From Schmidtea polychroa (lineage: Eukaryota), in contig CM097887.1 in assembly GCA_044892525.1 (NCBI GenBank), positions 105,750,397 to 105,814,396 of the forward strand: a stretch of 64,000 nucleotides of DNA, read 5' to 3'. The notes under the pieces are model-generated. The model was not told the DNA's origin. It ran no database searches and was given only the letters and a program-made list of their open reading frames with translations. The position numbers and the translations under genes were made by a program. How positions within the stretch are numbered: position 1 is the first letter of the stretch; every line of letters begins with the position of its first letter. Positions 1-13,439 of this stretch are shown piece by piece.

Positions 1-3000
1 AAGATCTTTTGAAAGAAATTCAACAACTTCGCAATGAGAAATTGGATTCTAAATTCACTACAACAGATCAAACAAGAATTCTTGAAACTTCTACGTCTTC
101 AGAAATGACTTCGATTGTAGTTCACGAAACAGCAACAGATGGGTCTGACGGCATTTTGAATGAGATTTTCCAGGAATTAGAGGAAAAGAATCGAGAAATT
201 TCAATGCTTCAAGACCAGAAAAGCTCTCTGATACATGGAATTGATCAAATGAAACGAGAACTTATTAACAAAGACGCAGATGTAGAATTGAAATTGAAAG
301 AAAAGAACAGTTTCATTATTGAATTGGAAAGGCAGAAAACGGAGTTGGAACAAAATGTCGAATATTTGACAAAGGAAATGAGCGAATGCGTGATTTACCG
401 AAAGGATGGAGACGCGAATGAGAAACTTGTTGAGTTGTATAAAGAACTAGAGATTAAGAACCACGATTTGATGTTGTTGAGAAATGAAAAAGTTACACTC
501 TTAGAGGATATCGATAATATGCGTAGGGAAATGCATCAGAAATACGAAAGGTTCACTTTGACTTTGAAAGAGAAAGAAACAATTATCAGTGAATTGCATT
601 CAATCAAAGTATCTCTCGAATCAAACATTGATCAAATGGCTCGAAGAGTGAGAGAAACAACAGAAATATCTGGTCTTGAGAGTGAGCTTGATGTCAAATT
701 AGTGGAGTTATACCAAGAAATCGACACAAAGAATCTGGATATTGTCACTCTTAAAAATGAGAAACTGGCGCTGTTGACAAATATTGAAAGATTGCAAACG
801 GAATTGCGTGAAAGTAAAGAAAAGTACGTAGATTCATTCGAACAGATGACAAGGACAGTCGTTCATAAATCCTTCGCTACCCAAGACGATGTTGAAGTTG
901 ATGAAAATGTAATCAAACCGGAAATTGCTTCTCAAATGACGGCAATCAGTGTGACTGACGATGCAAAACTCATTGAAGAATTGCAAACGAGAATCGAAGA
1001 TCTTTTGAAAGAAATTCAACAACTTCGCAATGAGAAATTGGATTCTAAATTCACTACAACAGATCAAACAAGAATTCTTGAAACTTCTACGTCTTCAGAA
1101 ATGACTTCGATTGTAGTTCACGAAACAGCAACAGATGGGTCTGACGGCATTTTGAATGAGATTTTCCAGGAATTAGAGGAAAAGAATCGAGAAATTTCAA
1201 TGCTTCAAGACCACAAAAGCTCTCTGATACATGAAATTGATCAAATGAAACGAGAACTTATTAACAAAGACGCAGATGTAGAATTGAAATTGAAAGAAAA
1301 GAACAGTTTCATTATTGAATTGGAAAGGCAGAAAACGGAGTTGGAACAAAATGTCGAATATTTGACAAAGGAAATGAGCGAATGCGTGATTTACCGAAAG
1401 GATGGAGACGCGAATGAGAAACTTGTTGAGTTGTATAAAGAACTAGAGATTAAGAACCACGATTTGATGTTGTTGAGAAATGAAAAAGTTACACTCTTAG
1501 AGGATATCGATAATATGCGTAGGGAAATGCATCAGAAATACGAAAGGTTCACTTTGACTTTGAAAGAGAAAGAAACAATTATCAGTGAATTGCATTCAAT
1601 CAAAGTATCTCTCGAATCAAACATTGATCAAATGGCTCGAAGAGTGAGAGAAACAACAGAAATATCTGGTCTTGAGAGTGAGCTTGATGTCAAATTAGTG
1701 GAGTTATACCAAGAAATCGACACAAAGAATCTGGATATTGTCACTCTTAAAAATGAGAAACTGGCGCTGTTGACAAATATTGAAAGATTGCAAACGGAAT
1801 TGCGTGAAAGTAAAGAAAAGTACGTAGATTCATTCGAACAGATGACAAGGACAGTCGTTCATAAATCCTTCGCTACCCAAGACGATGTTGAAGTTGATGA
1901 AAATGTAATCAAACCGGAAATTGCTTCTCAAATGACGGCAATCAGTGTGACTGACGATGCAAAACTCATTGAAGAATTGCAAACGAGAATCGAAGATCTT
2001 TTGAAAGAAATTCAACAACTTCGCAATGAGAAATTGGATTCTAAATTCACTACAACAGATCAAACAAGAATTCTTGAAACTTCTACGTCTTCAGAAATGA
2101 CTTCGATTGTAGTTCACGAAACAGCAACAGATGGGTCTGACGGCATTTTGAATGAGATTTTCCAGGAATTAGAGGAAAAGAATCGAGAAATTTCAATGCT
2201 TCAAGACCACAAAAGCTCTCTGATACATGAAATTGATCAAATGAAACGAGAACTTATTAACAAAGACGCAGATGTAGAATTGAAATTGAAAGAAAAGAAC
2301 AGTTTCATTATTGAATTGGAAAGGCAGAAAACGGAGTTGGAACAAAATGTCGAATATTTGACAAAGGAAATGAGCGAATGCGTGATTTACCGAAAGGATG
2401 GAGACGCGAATGAGAAACTTGTTGAGTTGTATAAAGAACTAGAGATTAAGAACCACGATTTGATGTTGTTGAGAAATGAAAAAGTTACACTCTTAGAGGA
2501 TATCGATAATATGCGTAGGGAAATGCATCAGAAATACGAAAGGTTCACTTTGACTTTGAAAGAGAAAGAAACAATTATCAGTGAATTGCATTCAATCAAA
2601 GTATCTCTCGAATCAAACATTGATCAAATGGCTCGAAGAGTGAGAGAAACAACAGAAATATCTGGTCTTGAGAGTGAGCTTGATGTTAAATTAGTGGAGT
2701 TATACCAAGAAATCGACACAAAGAATCTGGATATTGTCACTCTTAAAAATGAGAAACTGGCGCTGTTGACAAATATTGAAAGATTGCAAACGGAATTGCG
2801 TGAAAGTAAAGAAAAGTACGTAGATTCATTCGAACAGATGACAAGGACAGTCGTTCATAAATCCTTCGCTACCCAAGACGATGTTGAAGTTGATGAAAAT
2901 GTAATCAAACCGGAAATTGCTTCTCAAATGACGGCAATCAGTGTGACTGACGATGCAAAACTCATTGAAGAATTGCAAACGAGAATCGAAGATCTTTTGA

Positions 3001-6000
3001 AAGAAATTCAACAACTTCGCAATGAGAAATTGGATTCTAAATTCACTACAACAGATCAAACAAGAATTCTTGAAACTTCTACGTCTTCAGAAATGACTTC
3101 GATTGTAGTTCACGAAACAGCAACAGATGGGTCTGACGGCATTTTGAATGAGATTTTCCAGGAATTAGAGGAAAAGAATCGAGAAATTTCAATGCTTCAA
3201 GACCAGAAAAGCTCTCTGATACATGGAATTGATCAAATGAAACGAGAACTTATTAACAAAGACGCAGATGTAGAATTGAAATTGAAAGAAAAGAACAGTT
3301 TCATTATTGAATTGGAAAGGCAGAAAACGGAGTTGGAACAAAATGTCGAATATTTGACAAAGGAAATGAGCGAATGCGTGATTTACCGAAAGGATGGAGA
3401 CGCGAATGAGAAACTTGTTGAGTTGTATAAAGAACTAGAGATTAAGAACCACGATTTGATGTTGTTGAGAAATGAAAAAGTTACACTCTTAGAGGATATC
3501 GATAATATGCGTAGGGAAATGCATCAGAAATACGAAAGGTTCACTTTGACTTTGAAAGAGAAAGAAACAATTATCAGTGAATTGCATTCAATCAAAGTAT
3601 CTCTCGAATCAAACATTGATCAAATGGCTCGAAGAGTGAGAGAAACAACAGAAATATCTGGTCTTGAGAGTGAGCTTGATGTCAAATTAGTGGAGTTATA
3701 CCAAGAAATCGACACAAAGAATCTGGATATTGTCACTCTTAAAAATGAGAAACTGGCGCTGTTGACAAATATTGAAAGATTGCAAACGGAATTGCGTGAA
3801 AGTAAAGAAAAGTACGTAGATTCATTCGAACAGATGACAAGGACAGTCGTTCATAAATCCTTCGCTACCCAAGACGATGTTGAAGTTGATGAAAATGTAA
3901 TCAAACCGGAAATTGCTTCTCAAATGACGGCAATCAGTGTGACTGACGATGCAAAACTCATTGAAGAATTGCAAACGAGAATCGAAGATCTTTTGAAAGA
4001 AATTCAACAACTTCGCAATGAGAAATTGGATTCTAAATTCACTACAACAGATCAAACAAGAATTCTTGAAACTTCTACGTCTTCAGAAATGACTTCGATT
4101 GTAGTTCACGAAACAGCAACAGATGGGTCTGACGGCATTTTGAATGAGATTTTCCAGGAATTAGAGGAAAAGAATCGAGAAATTTCAATGCTTCAAGACC
4201 ACAAAAGCTCTCTGATACATGAAATTGATCAAATGAAACGAGAACTTATTAACAAAGACGCAGATGTAGAATTGAAATTGAAAGAAAAGAACAGTTTCAT
4301 TATTGAATTGGAAAGGCAGAAAACGGAGTTGGAACAAAATGTCGAATATTTGACAAAGGAAATGAGCGAATGCGTGATTTACCGAAAGGATGGAGACGCG
4401 AATGAGAAACTTGTTGAGTTGTATAAAGAACTAGAGATTAAGAACCACGATTTGATGTTGTTGAGAAATGAAAAAGTTACACTCTTAGAGGATATCGATA
4501 ATATGCGTAGGGAAATGCATCAGAAATACGAAAGGTTCACTTTGACTTTGAAAGAGAAAGAAACAATTATCAGTGAATTGCATTCAATCAAAGTATCTCT
4601 CGAATCAAACATTGATCAAATGGCTCGAAGAGTGAGAGAAACAACAGAAATATCTGGTCTTGAGAGTGAGCTTGATGTCAAATTAGTGGAGTTATACCAA
4701 GAAATCGACACAAAGAATCTGGATATTGTCACTCTTAAAAATGAGAAACTGGCGCTGTTGACAAATATTGAAAGATTGCAAACGGAATTGCGTGAAAGTA
4801 AAGAAAAGTACGTAGATTCATTCGAACAGATGACAAGGACAGTCGTTCATAAATCCTTCGCTACCCAAGACGATGTTGAAGTTGATGAAAATGTAATCAA
4901 ACCGGAAATTGCTTCTCAAATGACGGCAATCAGTGTGACTGACGATGCAAAACTCATTGAAGAATTGCAAACGAGAATCGAAGATCTTTTGAAAGAAATT
5001 CAACAACTTCGCAATGAGAAATTGGATTCTAAATTCACTACAACAGATCAAACAAGAATTCTTGAAACTTCTACGTCTTCAGAAATGACTTCGATTGTAG
5101 TTCACGAAACAGCAACAGATGGGTCTGACGGCATTTTGAATGAGATTTTCCAGGAATTAGAGGAAAAGAATCGAGAAATTTCAATGCTTCAAGACCACAA
5201 AAGCTCTCTGATACATGAAATTGATCAAATGAAACGAGAACTTATTAACAAAGACGCAGATGTAGAATTGAAATTGAAAGAAAAGAACAGTTTCATTATT
5301 GAATTGGAAAGGCAGAAAACGGAGTTGGAACAAAATGTCGAATATTTGACAAAGGAAATGAGCGAATGCGTGATTTACCGAAAGGATGGAGACGCGAATG
5401 AGAAACTTGTTGAGTTGTATAAAGAACTAGAGATTAAGAACCACGATTTGATGTTGTTGAGAAATGAAAAAGTTACACTCTTAGAGGATATCGATAATAT
5501 GCGTAGGGAAATGCATCAGAAATACGAAAGGTTCACTTTGACTTTGAAAGAGAAAGAAACAATTATCAGTGAATTGCATTCAATCAAAGTATCTCTCGAA
5601 TCAAACATTGATCAAATGGCTCGAAGAGTGAGAGAAACAACAGAAATATCTGGTCTTGAGAGTGAGCTTGATGTCAAATTAGTGGAGTTATACCAAGAAA
5701 TCGACACAAAGAATCTGGATATTGTCACTCTTAAAAATGAGAAACTGGCGCTGTTGACAAATATTGAAAGATTGCAAACGGAATTGCGTGAAAGTAAAGA
5801 AAAGTACGTAGATTCATTCGAACAGATGACAAGGACAGTCGTTCATAAATCCTTCGCTACCCAAGACGATGTTGAAGTTGATGAAAATGTAATCAAACCG
5901 GAAATTGCTTCTCAAATGACGGCAATCAGTGTGACTGACGATGCAAAACTCATTGAAGAATTGCAAACGAGAATCGAAGATCTTTTGAAAGAAATTCAAC

Positions 6001-9000
6001 AACTTCGCAATGAGAAATTGGATTCTAAATTCACTACAACAGATCAAACAAGAATTCTTGAAACTTCTACGTCTTCAGAAATGACTTCGATTGTAGTTCA
6101 CGAAACAGCAACAGATGGGTCTGACGGCATTTTGAATGAGATTTTCCAGGAATTAGAGGAAAAGAATCGAGAAATTTCAATGCTTCAAGACCACAAAAGC
6201 TCTCTGATACATGAAATTGATCAAATGAAACGAGAACTTATTAACAAAGACGCAGATGTAGAATTGAAATTGAAAGAAAAGAACAGTTTCATTATTGAAT
6301 TGGAAAGGCAGAAAACGGAGTTGGAACAAAATGTCGAATATTTGACAAAGGAAATGAGCGAATGCGTGATTTACCGAAAGGATGGAGACGCGGATGAGAA
6401 ACTTGTTGAGTTGTATAAAGAACTAGAGATTAAGAACCACGATTTGATGTTGTTGAGAAATGAAAAAGTTACACTCTTAGAGGATATCGATAATATGCGT
6501 AGGGAAATGCATCAGAAATACGAAAGGTTCACTTTGACTTTGAAAGAGAAAGAAACAATTATCAGTGAATTGCATTCAATCAAAGTATCTCTCGAATCAA
6601 ACATTGATCAAATGGCTCGAAGAGTGAGAGAAACAACAGAAATATCTGGTCTTGAGAGTGAGCTTGATGTCAAATTAGTGGAGTTATACCAAGAAATAGA
6701 CACAAAGAATCTGGATATTGTCACTCTTAAAAATGAGAAACTGGCGCTGTTGACAAATATTGAAAGATTGCAAACGGAATTGCGTGAAAGTAAAGAAAAG
6801 TACGTAGATTCATTCGAACAGATGACAAGGACAGTCGTTCATAAATCCTTCGCTACCCAAGACGATGTTGAAGTTGATGAAAATGTAATCAAACCGGAAA
6901 TTGCTTCTCAAATGACGGCAATCAGTGTGACTGACGATGCAAAACTCATTGAAGAATTGCAAACGAGAATCGAAGATCTTTTGAAAGAAATTCAACAACT
7001 TCGCAATGAGAAATTGGATTCTAAATTCACTACAACAGATCAAACAAGAATTCTTGAAACTTCTACGTCTTCAGAAATGACTTCGATTGTAGTTCACGAA
7101 ACAGCAACAGATGGGTCTGACGGCATTTTGAATGAGATTTTCCAGGAATTAGAGGAAAAGAATCGAGAAATTTCAATGCTTCAAGACCACAAAAGCTCTC
7201 TGATACATGAAATTGATCAAATGAAACGAGAACTTATTAACAAAGACGCAGATGTAGAATTGAAATTGAAAGAAAAGAACAGTTTCATTATTGAATTGGA
7301 AAGGCAGAAAACGGAGTTGGAACAAAATGTCGAATATTTGACAAAGGAAATGAGCGAATGCGTGATTTACCGAAAGGATGGAGACGCGAATGAGAAACTT
7401 GTTGAGTTGTATAAAGAACTAGAGATTAAGAACCACGATTTGATGTTGTTGAGAAATGAAAAAGTTACACTCTTAGAGGATATCGATAATATGCGTAGGG
7501 AAATGCATCAGAAATACGAAAGGTTCACTTTGACTTTGAAAGAGAAAGAAACAATTATCAGTGAATTGCATTCAATCAAAGTATCTCTCGAATCAAACAT
7601 TGATCAAATGGCTCGAAGAGTGAGAGAAACAACAGAAATATCTGGTCTTGAGAGTGAGCTTGATGTCAAATTAGTGGAGTTATACCAAGAAATCGACACA
7701 AAGAATCTGGATATTGTCACTCTTAAAAATGAGAAACTGGCGCTGTTGACAAATATTGAAAGATTGCAAACGGAATTGCGTGAAAGTAAAGAAAAGTACG
7801 TAGATTCATTCGAACAGATGACAAGGACAGTCGTTCATAAATCCTTCGCTACCCAAGACGATGTTGAAGTTGATGAAAATGTAATCAAACCGGAAATTGC
7901 TTCTCAAATGACGGCAATCAGTGTGACTGACGATGCAAAACTCATTGAAGAATTGCAAACGAGAATCGAAGATCTTTTGAAAGAAATTCAACAACTTCGC
8001 AATGAGAAATTGGATTCTAAATTCACTACAACAGATCAAACAAGAATTCTTGAAACTTCTACGTCTTCAGAAATGACTTCGATTGTAGTTCACGAAACAG
8101 CAACAGATGGGTCTGACGGCATTTTGAATGAGATTTTCCAGGAATTAGAGGAAAAGAATCGAGAAATTTCAATGCTTCAAGACCACAAAAGCTCTCTGAT
8201 ACATGAAATTGATCAAATGAAACGAGAACTTATTAACAAAGACGCAGATGTAGAATTGAAATTGAAAGAAAAGAACAGTTTCATTATTGAATTGGAAAGG
8301 CAGAAAACGGAGTTGGAACAAAATGTCGAATATTTGACAAAGGAAATGAGCGAATGCGTGATTTACCGAAAGGATGGAGACGCGAATGAGAAACTTGTTG
8401 AGTTGTATAAAGAACTAGAGATTAAGAACCACGATTTGATGTTGTTGAGAAATGAAAAAGTTACACTCTTAGAGGATATCGATAATATGCGTAGGGAAAT
8501 GCATCAGAAATACGAAAGGTTCACTTTGACTTTGAAAGAGAAAGAAACAATTATCAGTGAATTGCATTCAATCAAAGTATCTCTCGAATCAAACATTGAT
8601 CAAATGGCTCGAAGAGTGAGAGAAACAACAGAAATATCTGGTCTTGAGAGTGAGCTTGATGTCAAATTAGTGGAGTTATACCAAGAAATCGACACAAAGA
8701 ATCTGGATATTGTCACTCTTAAAAATGAGAAACTGGCGCTGTTGACAAATATTGAAAGATTGCAAACGGAATTGCGTGAAAGTAAAGAAAAGTACGTAGA
8801 TTCATTCGAACAGATGACAAGGACAGTCGTTCATAAATCCTTCGCTACCCAAGACGATGTTGAAGTTGATGAAAATGTAATCAAACCGGAAATTGCTTCT
8901 CAAATGACGGCAATCAGTGTGACTGACGATGCAAAACTCATTGAAGAATTGCAAACGAGAATCGAAGATCTTTTGAAAGAAATTCAACAACTTCGCAATG

Positions 9001-9451
9001 AGAAATTGGATTCTAAATTCACTACAACAGATCAAACAAGAATTCTTGAAACTTCTACGTCTTCAGAAATGACTTCGATTGTAGTTCACGAAACAGCAAC
9101 AGATGGGTCTGACGGCATTTTGAATGAGATTTTCCAGGAATTAGAGGAAAAGAATCGAGAAATTTCAATGCTTCAAGACCACAAAAGCTCTCTGATACAT
9201 GAAATTGATCAAATGAAACGAGAACTTATTAACAAAGACGCAGATGTAGAATTGAAATTGAAAGAAAAGAACAGTTTCATTATTGAATTGGAAAGGCAGA
9301 AAACGGAGTTGGAACAAAATGTCGAATATTTGACAAAGGAAATGAGCGAATGCGTGATTTACCGAAAGGATGGAGACGCGAATGAGAAACTTGTTGAGTT
9401 GTATAAAGAACTAGAGATTAAGAACCACGATTTGATGTTGTTGAGAAATGA
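1..9451 (+). repeat. Coding tandem array, 996-bp unit (332 aa), about 9.5 copies, near-identical
   Basis: The unit start AAGATCTTTTGAAAG recurs at 1, 997, 1993, 2989, 3985, 4981, 5977, 6973, 7969 and 8965. The last copy diverges at ~9452. Only a few variant bases were seen (218/3206, 238/3226, 2687, 6393, 6698). Confidence 0.98.
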
Positions 9452-9695
9452 GAAAGCAGCTATTCTTGTTGACTTTCATAGTTTGACTTCTGATTTGATT
9501 TCGAAGTTACATCAATTTGATCATGTGACTTCCCATAAAGAATCTTTGATCAAAGATCTTCTCACTCAGATAACAAGCTCAAGACCTCATTTACCAACCC
9601 CTCTTGTGGCTGAACTCCAATCTCATATTGTTTTGTTGGAACGCGAAATTTTGCTTTTGCAATCGAAATATTTCAATTTGAAATTATCTTTGCAA
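1..9695 (+). CDS. Giant internal coding exon (5' end outside window) of a very large coiled-coil repeat protein
   Basis: The frame is open from the window start to a GTGAG donor at 9696 (...LKLSLQ|gtgagt, phase 0). The E/K/L-rich heptad sequence has Ser/Thr-rich linkers. The ORF-track start at 9 and the tail after 9695 are artefacts of an unspliced read-out. No orthologue recognised. Confidence 0.9.
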
Positions 9696-10665
9696 GTGAG
9701 TTTTTTGTTTTTCTATTATTATTGGTTTATCTTAATTATCTCTCTTTCTTTATCTTAATTTTTGTTATGTTTTTTTACATTTATTATATTTATAATATTT
9801 TTATTTGATATAATTTCGGATTTTTTTAATTTTTTTCATTTTCATTTTTTGAAAGACCCTTTTTATGTTTATTTAATATAACTTACATTGCACTCCTGGC
9901 ATGAAGGTAAGTTTGTCCTATATGTCTGAGCGCTGCGTTTACAAAAAGTACAAAATGTAAATTTTTCATGAATCTTGATAAAAATCTTTTTGTTCTTTTG
10001 TTTTTTCTGTATACGTAATATACTAATTATGAATGTTTTCTCTTTTTTGGGAAAATTTTATAACATCACTCATTTGAGCGTTTCCCTAGCAACAATATCT
10101 TTGAAATTCCTCTTATATAAGTTAGACTTTGGATTACTTTATCATTAGTAAGTTGTGAGCCCGTAACATCAAATTGAAAAGTATACCAAACCCGCTTTAA
10201 TTCACTTTAAATGTAGAAAAGGTGTATTTGATATAGACATTTCGGTATAAAAGGAATAAACCTAATACAAATAAAAGCCAAAGTCAACGAAATGATCTCA
10301 TCTCAAAAAACTTCAAAACAAAATTTAGAATTTTTGTTTTAATTTTTCATTCAGCTCGTTTCTTTTGAAAATCTTTCTCAACTTGTCCATTTCCTAATAG
10401 AGTGGTGATATTTATCAACTTTTTATGCATTTTTCAGTTGTTAAAATTATTTTTGTTTACAATTGGTAACATATGGGGAAATAGTGTAAGCGATATCTAT
10501 TATACAAAAGTCTTTCAGTGTACAGATGTTCTCTGTGACTTTCAATAAATACTGTTTCTTTAACTTTGTATTTTGCCGGTTTGAAGCGTCATATATTGAA
10601 TAACAAAATAATAAACCGGGGCATTATGGCGTTCGGAAAGGTCTTGCTGAGACAAAAAGGATTAA

Positions 10666-10998
10666 CCCTTATTAGCCTGATTTACGAATTATATCATAAC
10701 GAAAATAATATATTCACTTACCTCAAAAGTATTTATATTCTTCAGAAATAGAAAATATATCAAATTTGTATCCAACTAAACTTTTAGTAAAATGTGTTTA
10801 CTTGTTCACTTTACCGCACAATTAATATGTCATAGATAAAATAAAACAATAATGACATTTGTTTTTTTTTAATTTCGTTGGAAAGAATATTATACAACAG
10901 TAAAATACGAACAGCCAACCTATAAAAAAAACTAATAGTAATGTGAAAATTCGGTTTATAAGATTGGTATCAAAATTGAAACTCTAGGTTATTAAGAG
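10666..10998. mobile_element. Degenerate piggyBac-type MITE (possible)
   Basis: TTAA at both flanks. The ends CCCTTATTAGCCTG and (reverse complement) CTCTTAATAACCTA match at 10/14 positions. Confidence 0.35.
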
Positions 10999-11400
10999 TT
11001 AATGCTTATAAAAGAACAGTTGTTTTGGTCGGCTAGTACTTTACTTTTGTATGATACATGTTATATTATATTATATAAACCAATAGGTTATATTTCAAGA
11101 TCTATTTAATATTGTTAACTAAATTTTAGGAAAACTTTGATAATCATATACCCGATAGTCAAATATTTTCTTCCTATTCAGTTGAAGCTTTTAAGTTTCA
11201 TGAAAAGTCTTTTTGTGACAGTGACAAAATATCTTCGAGGTAAAATTTTCATGGGTTTCGAATTTTTTACATCTTGTTAGAATTTCTTCGACTTCGGAAT
11301 TTTTAGATTCGATTGAAAAACTAAATGTTGAAATAGCCGAACAACGAAATAAAAATCAAGTATTTAAAGATTTGAATCTTTTGGATTTATATTTTTGCAG

Positions 11401-11484
11401 GAATTACGAACATCAATTCAACAGTCGTGTTCATCGGCTTCACCACTCCAGGGACGATTTCATGAACTACTTAAAGACCAAGAT
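11401..11484 (+). CDS. Coiled-coil gene exon (ELRTSIQQSCSSASPLQGRFHELLKDQD)
   Basis: TTTTTGCAG acceptor, open phase 0-0, GTGATT donor; continues the frame of the giant exon. A 44-bp intron follows. Confidence 0.7.
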
Positions 11485-11528
11485 GTGATTTAGTTTTAAA
11501 ACCCTTTCTTGAAATTATAATATTGTAG

Positions 11529-11626
11529 ATAATTAATTCGAAATATGAAGAAATATGGGAGGTATCCAGGTCCACCATTTCTGAGCATGATTATGAAAAT
11601 TCGAGATTGCGCGAAAAATTGGCAAA
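11529..11626 (+). CDS. Coiled-coil gene exon (IINSKYEEIWEVSRSTISEHDYENSRLREKLAK), 98 nt
   Basis: TTGTAG acceptor, GTACAT donor, phase 0-2; joins in frame to the phase-2 exon at 31076. Confidence 0.75.
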
Positions 11627-11871
11627 GTACATCTTTATATATTATTTATTTTCTTACAAAATCTTTAGTATAGAAATTCTTTTATTTTCAGACTTTGAAT
11701 TAGTATTTGGTTTCATATTTATCAAGAATTTTCAGTCCCTTCCTTTTCAAGTGTTTTTTTATAATTAATAATAGATATTTTCGATTATGAGAACGCAATT
11801 TCGACAACTAATTACAGTGAAAAACTGAAAAAATAAGAATCAAAGCATGTTTAAAAGAAATTATTTTTAAT

Positions 11872-12108
11872 ATGCACCATTTCCACCAATTTGTTATAGG
11901 CAGGTAAATATGTACGCCACCGGATCTTTACACACATACTTACTAGTGGCATGCAGTCAGAACCACGGGAAAAATGAAAAAAACACCCGATTCTATACAC
12001 ATACATCAAAGTAATAAATGAGCATAAAATTTTTAGTTACTTGAACTTTAGTGTATTTTGACGTAGAAATTGCTTCCTGATGGCAGATTCAATTTGGAAA
12101 TGGTGTAT
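11872..12108. mobile_element. Small MITE, TIR core CACCATTTCCA; related copy at ~45048-45303
   Basis: Inverted CACCATTTCCA (11875) / TGGAAATGGTG (12095-12105) in TA-rich flanks. The internal sequence (tacacac..cttact..gca..cagtca..aa..cat/cac..g...ttctat...aaatgagca) recurs near 45095-45300. Confidence 0.55.
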
Positions 12109-13306
12109 ATTACAATTTACAGCTTGGCCTTTATCAAGTTTTATAATAAGTGTAATAGCACTTGATAAAAGCAAATCCGAAAATTTATGTTACATATAAT
12201 TAAGTTTTGACCTTTTATCAGAATTAAAATAAATAATCGGAAAAAGAAAAGATCGAAATTGACCAAAAAAAATAATCTATTGTTTTTTCTGATGGTAATA
12301 CAAATTTACTTGAAAAAGGCAGTGCCGAAAATTCGTGAGTATCAAAAAAATCATCGATATATAGTCTTCAAGCTCTTTTTTTAATAAATTCAATGGAAAA
12401 ATAATCACTGGTGAAATTGGAAAAAAAGTTCTTATAGTACAATAGTATTAATATTTAATTTATTATGGCTAGACCAGGTTAGAAAGTTGGTAAAAATATT
12501 AAAGGTGTTGGAGTTAGTAAGAAAACCAAAAAATACGTATATATAAAAGGAAGACATAACAAATATTGGTAAAATCAATAAAAGTGCAAAATTGATTAAA
12601 ACTTACTAAAAATCAAAAGTCAATATCGGGTATGGTTGAACGCCAAATCGATCGATTAGATAAGAGTTGGATTATTTCGAGCGCCAATCTAGGATAAACA
12701 AGTTAAATTAATTTGGAAACCTTCAAATGTTTATCTAGGATTAACGGGAAATTATTAATTGCGATTCTGTAAATAATTGCCTTCTAAGAAACAATATAAA
12801 AAGAGAGCTCAGAAACAGACAGGCCACCAGTTGTTCAAAGAAACAAAGAGAATCTCAGAGATTCAGGGATCAGTGATAGAAGAACGAAATATAATAATTT
12901 TAAAAAAGGTATAATTTTCGTACCAGAAAAGGTGATTGCCCCTTGGGCTATCTACCTTATCGAGTAATATTACTTTTGACCAAAAGGTGCAAATATAGTG
13001 ACAAATTGTAATTTTATTGAAATTGAATTAAGTTATTCAGTGTTAGGTTTCGACTTATCTGTTTTAATAAGAACACGAGAAGTCAGCGAGAGAACCGACT
13101 TTAAAAATAAAACCAAACAAAGGCAGATTACAAAATTACAGATATTTTGGAAAAATAAAATTGACATTACACAGAGCGTGTGGATCATTTATAATTTAAT
13201 ATTTTAAAGAAAATACTTGAAACATTAGTTATAATATGAATAATATAAATCAGAAATTGTCAGTGTCTGGTTTGGACCACTACTTAGTAGGTAGTTAGTA
13301 GCCCAC

Positions 13307-13347
13307 GGGAACAATTACCCCCCCCCCGGGGGGGGGGGTTTGTTCCC
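13307..13347. other. Subterminal hairpin GGGAACAA-tta-C10-G11-t-TTGTTCCC (mirror copy C8G8 at 29690-29725)
   Basis: Self-complementary sequence starting 21 bp inside each terminus of the palindromic element. Confidence 0.9.
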
Positions 13348-13439
13348 AAATTTTTATTACGCAATTGTTCCCAACTCATTTTTTTGCTTTCAGGGATTTT
13401 TGGTCCAAATTTTTTTTTATCAGACTATAGTGAGGGGGT

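Noticed and set aside
834-9035. Nine identical 77-aa minus-strand ORFs
   Set aside because: Antisense shadows of the 996-bp coding repeat, recurring at the unit period; no independent coding signal.
9696-9758. Hydrophobic C-terminal tail (VSFLFFYYYWFILIISLSLS) suggesting a tail-anchored golgin or nesprin
   Set aside because: It begins at a GTGAGT donor and is T-rich intron sequence; downstream in-phase exons exist. An intron-retained membrane-anchored isoform cannot be excluded without RNA data.
9884-9912. CATTGCACTCC (U1 loop II-like) followed by AAG|GTAAGT donor
   Set aside because: No other U1 structure, and no open exon with a usable acceptor upstream of the donor.
10080-10093. RFX X-box-like GTTTCCCTAGCAAC
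   Set aside because: A single imperfect match deep in an intron, over 10 kb from any start; not enough to infer ciliary regulation.
13424-13436. CTATAGTGAG / CTCACTATAG repeats resembling a T7 promoter
   Set aside because: Only the 10-nt core matches; the TAATACGA specificity region is missing.
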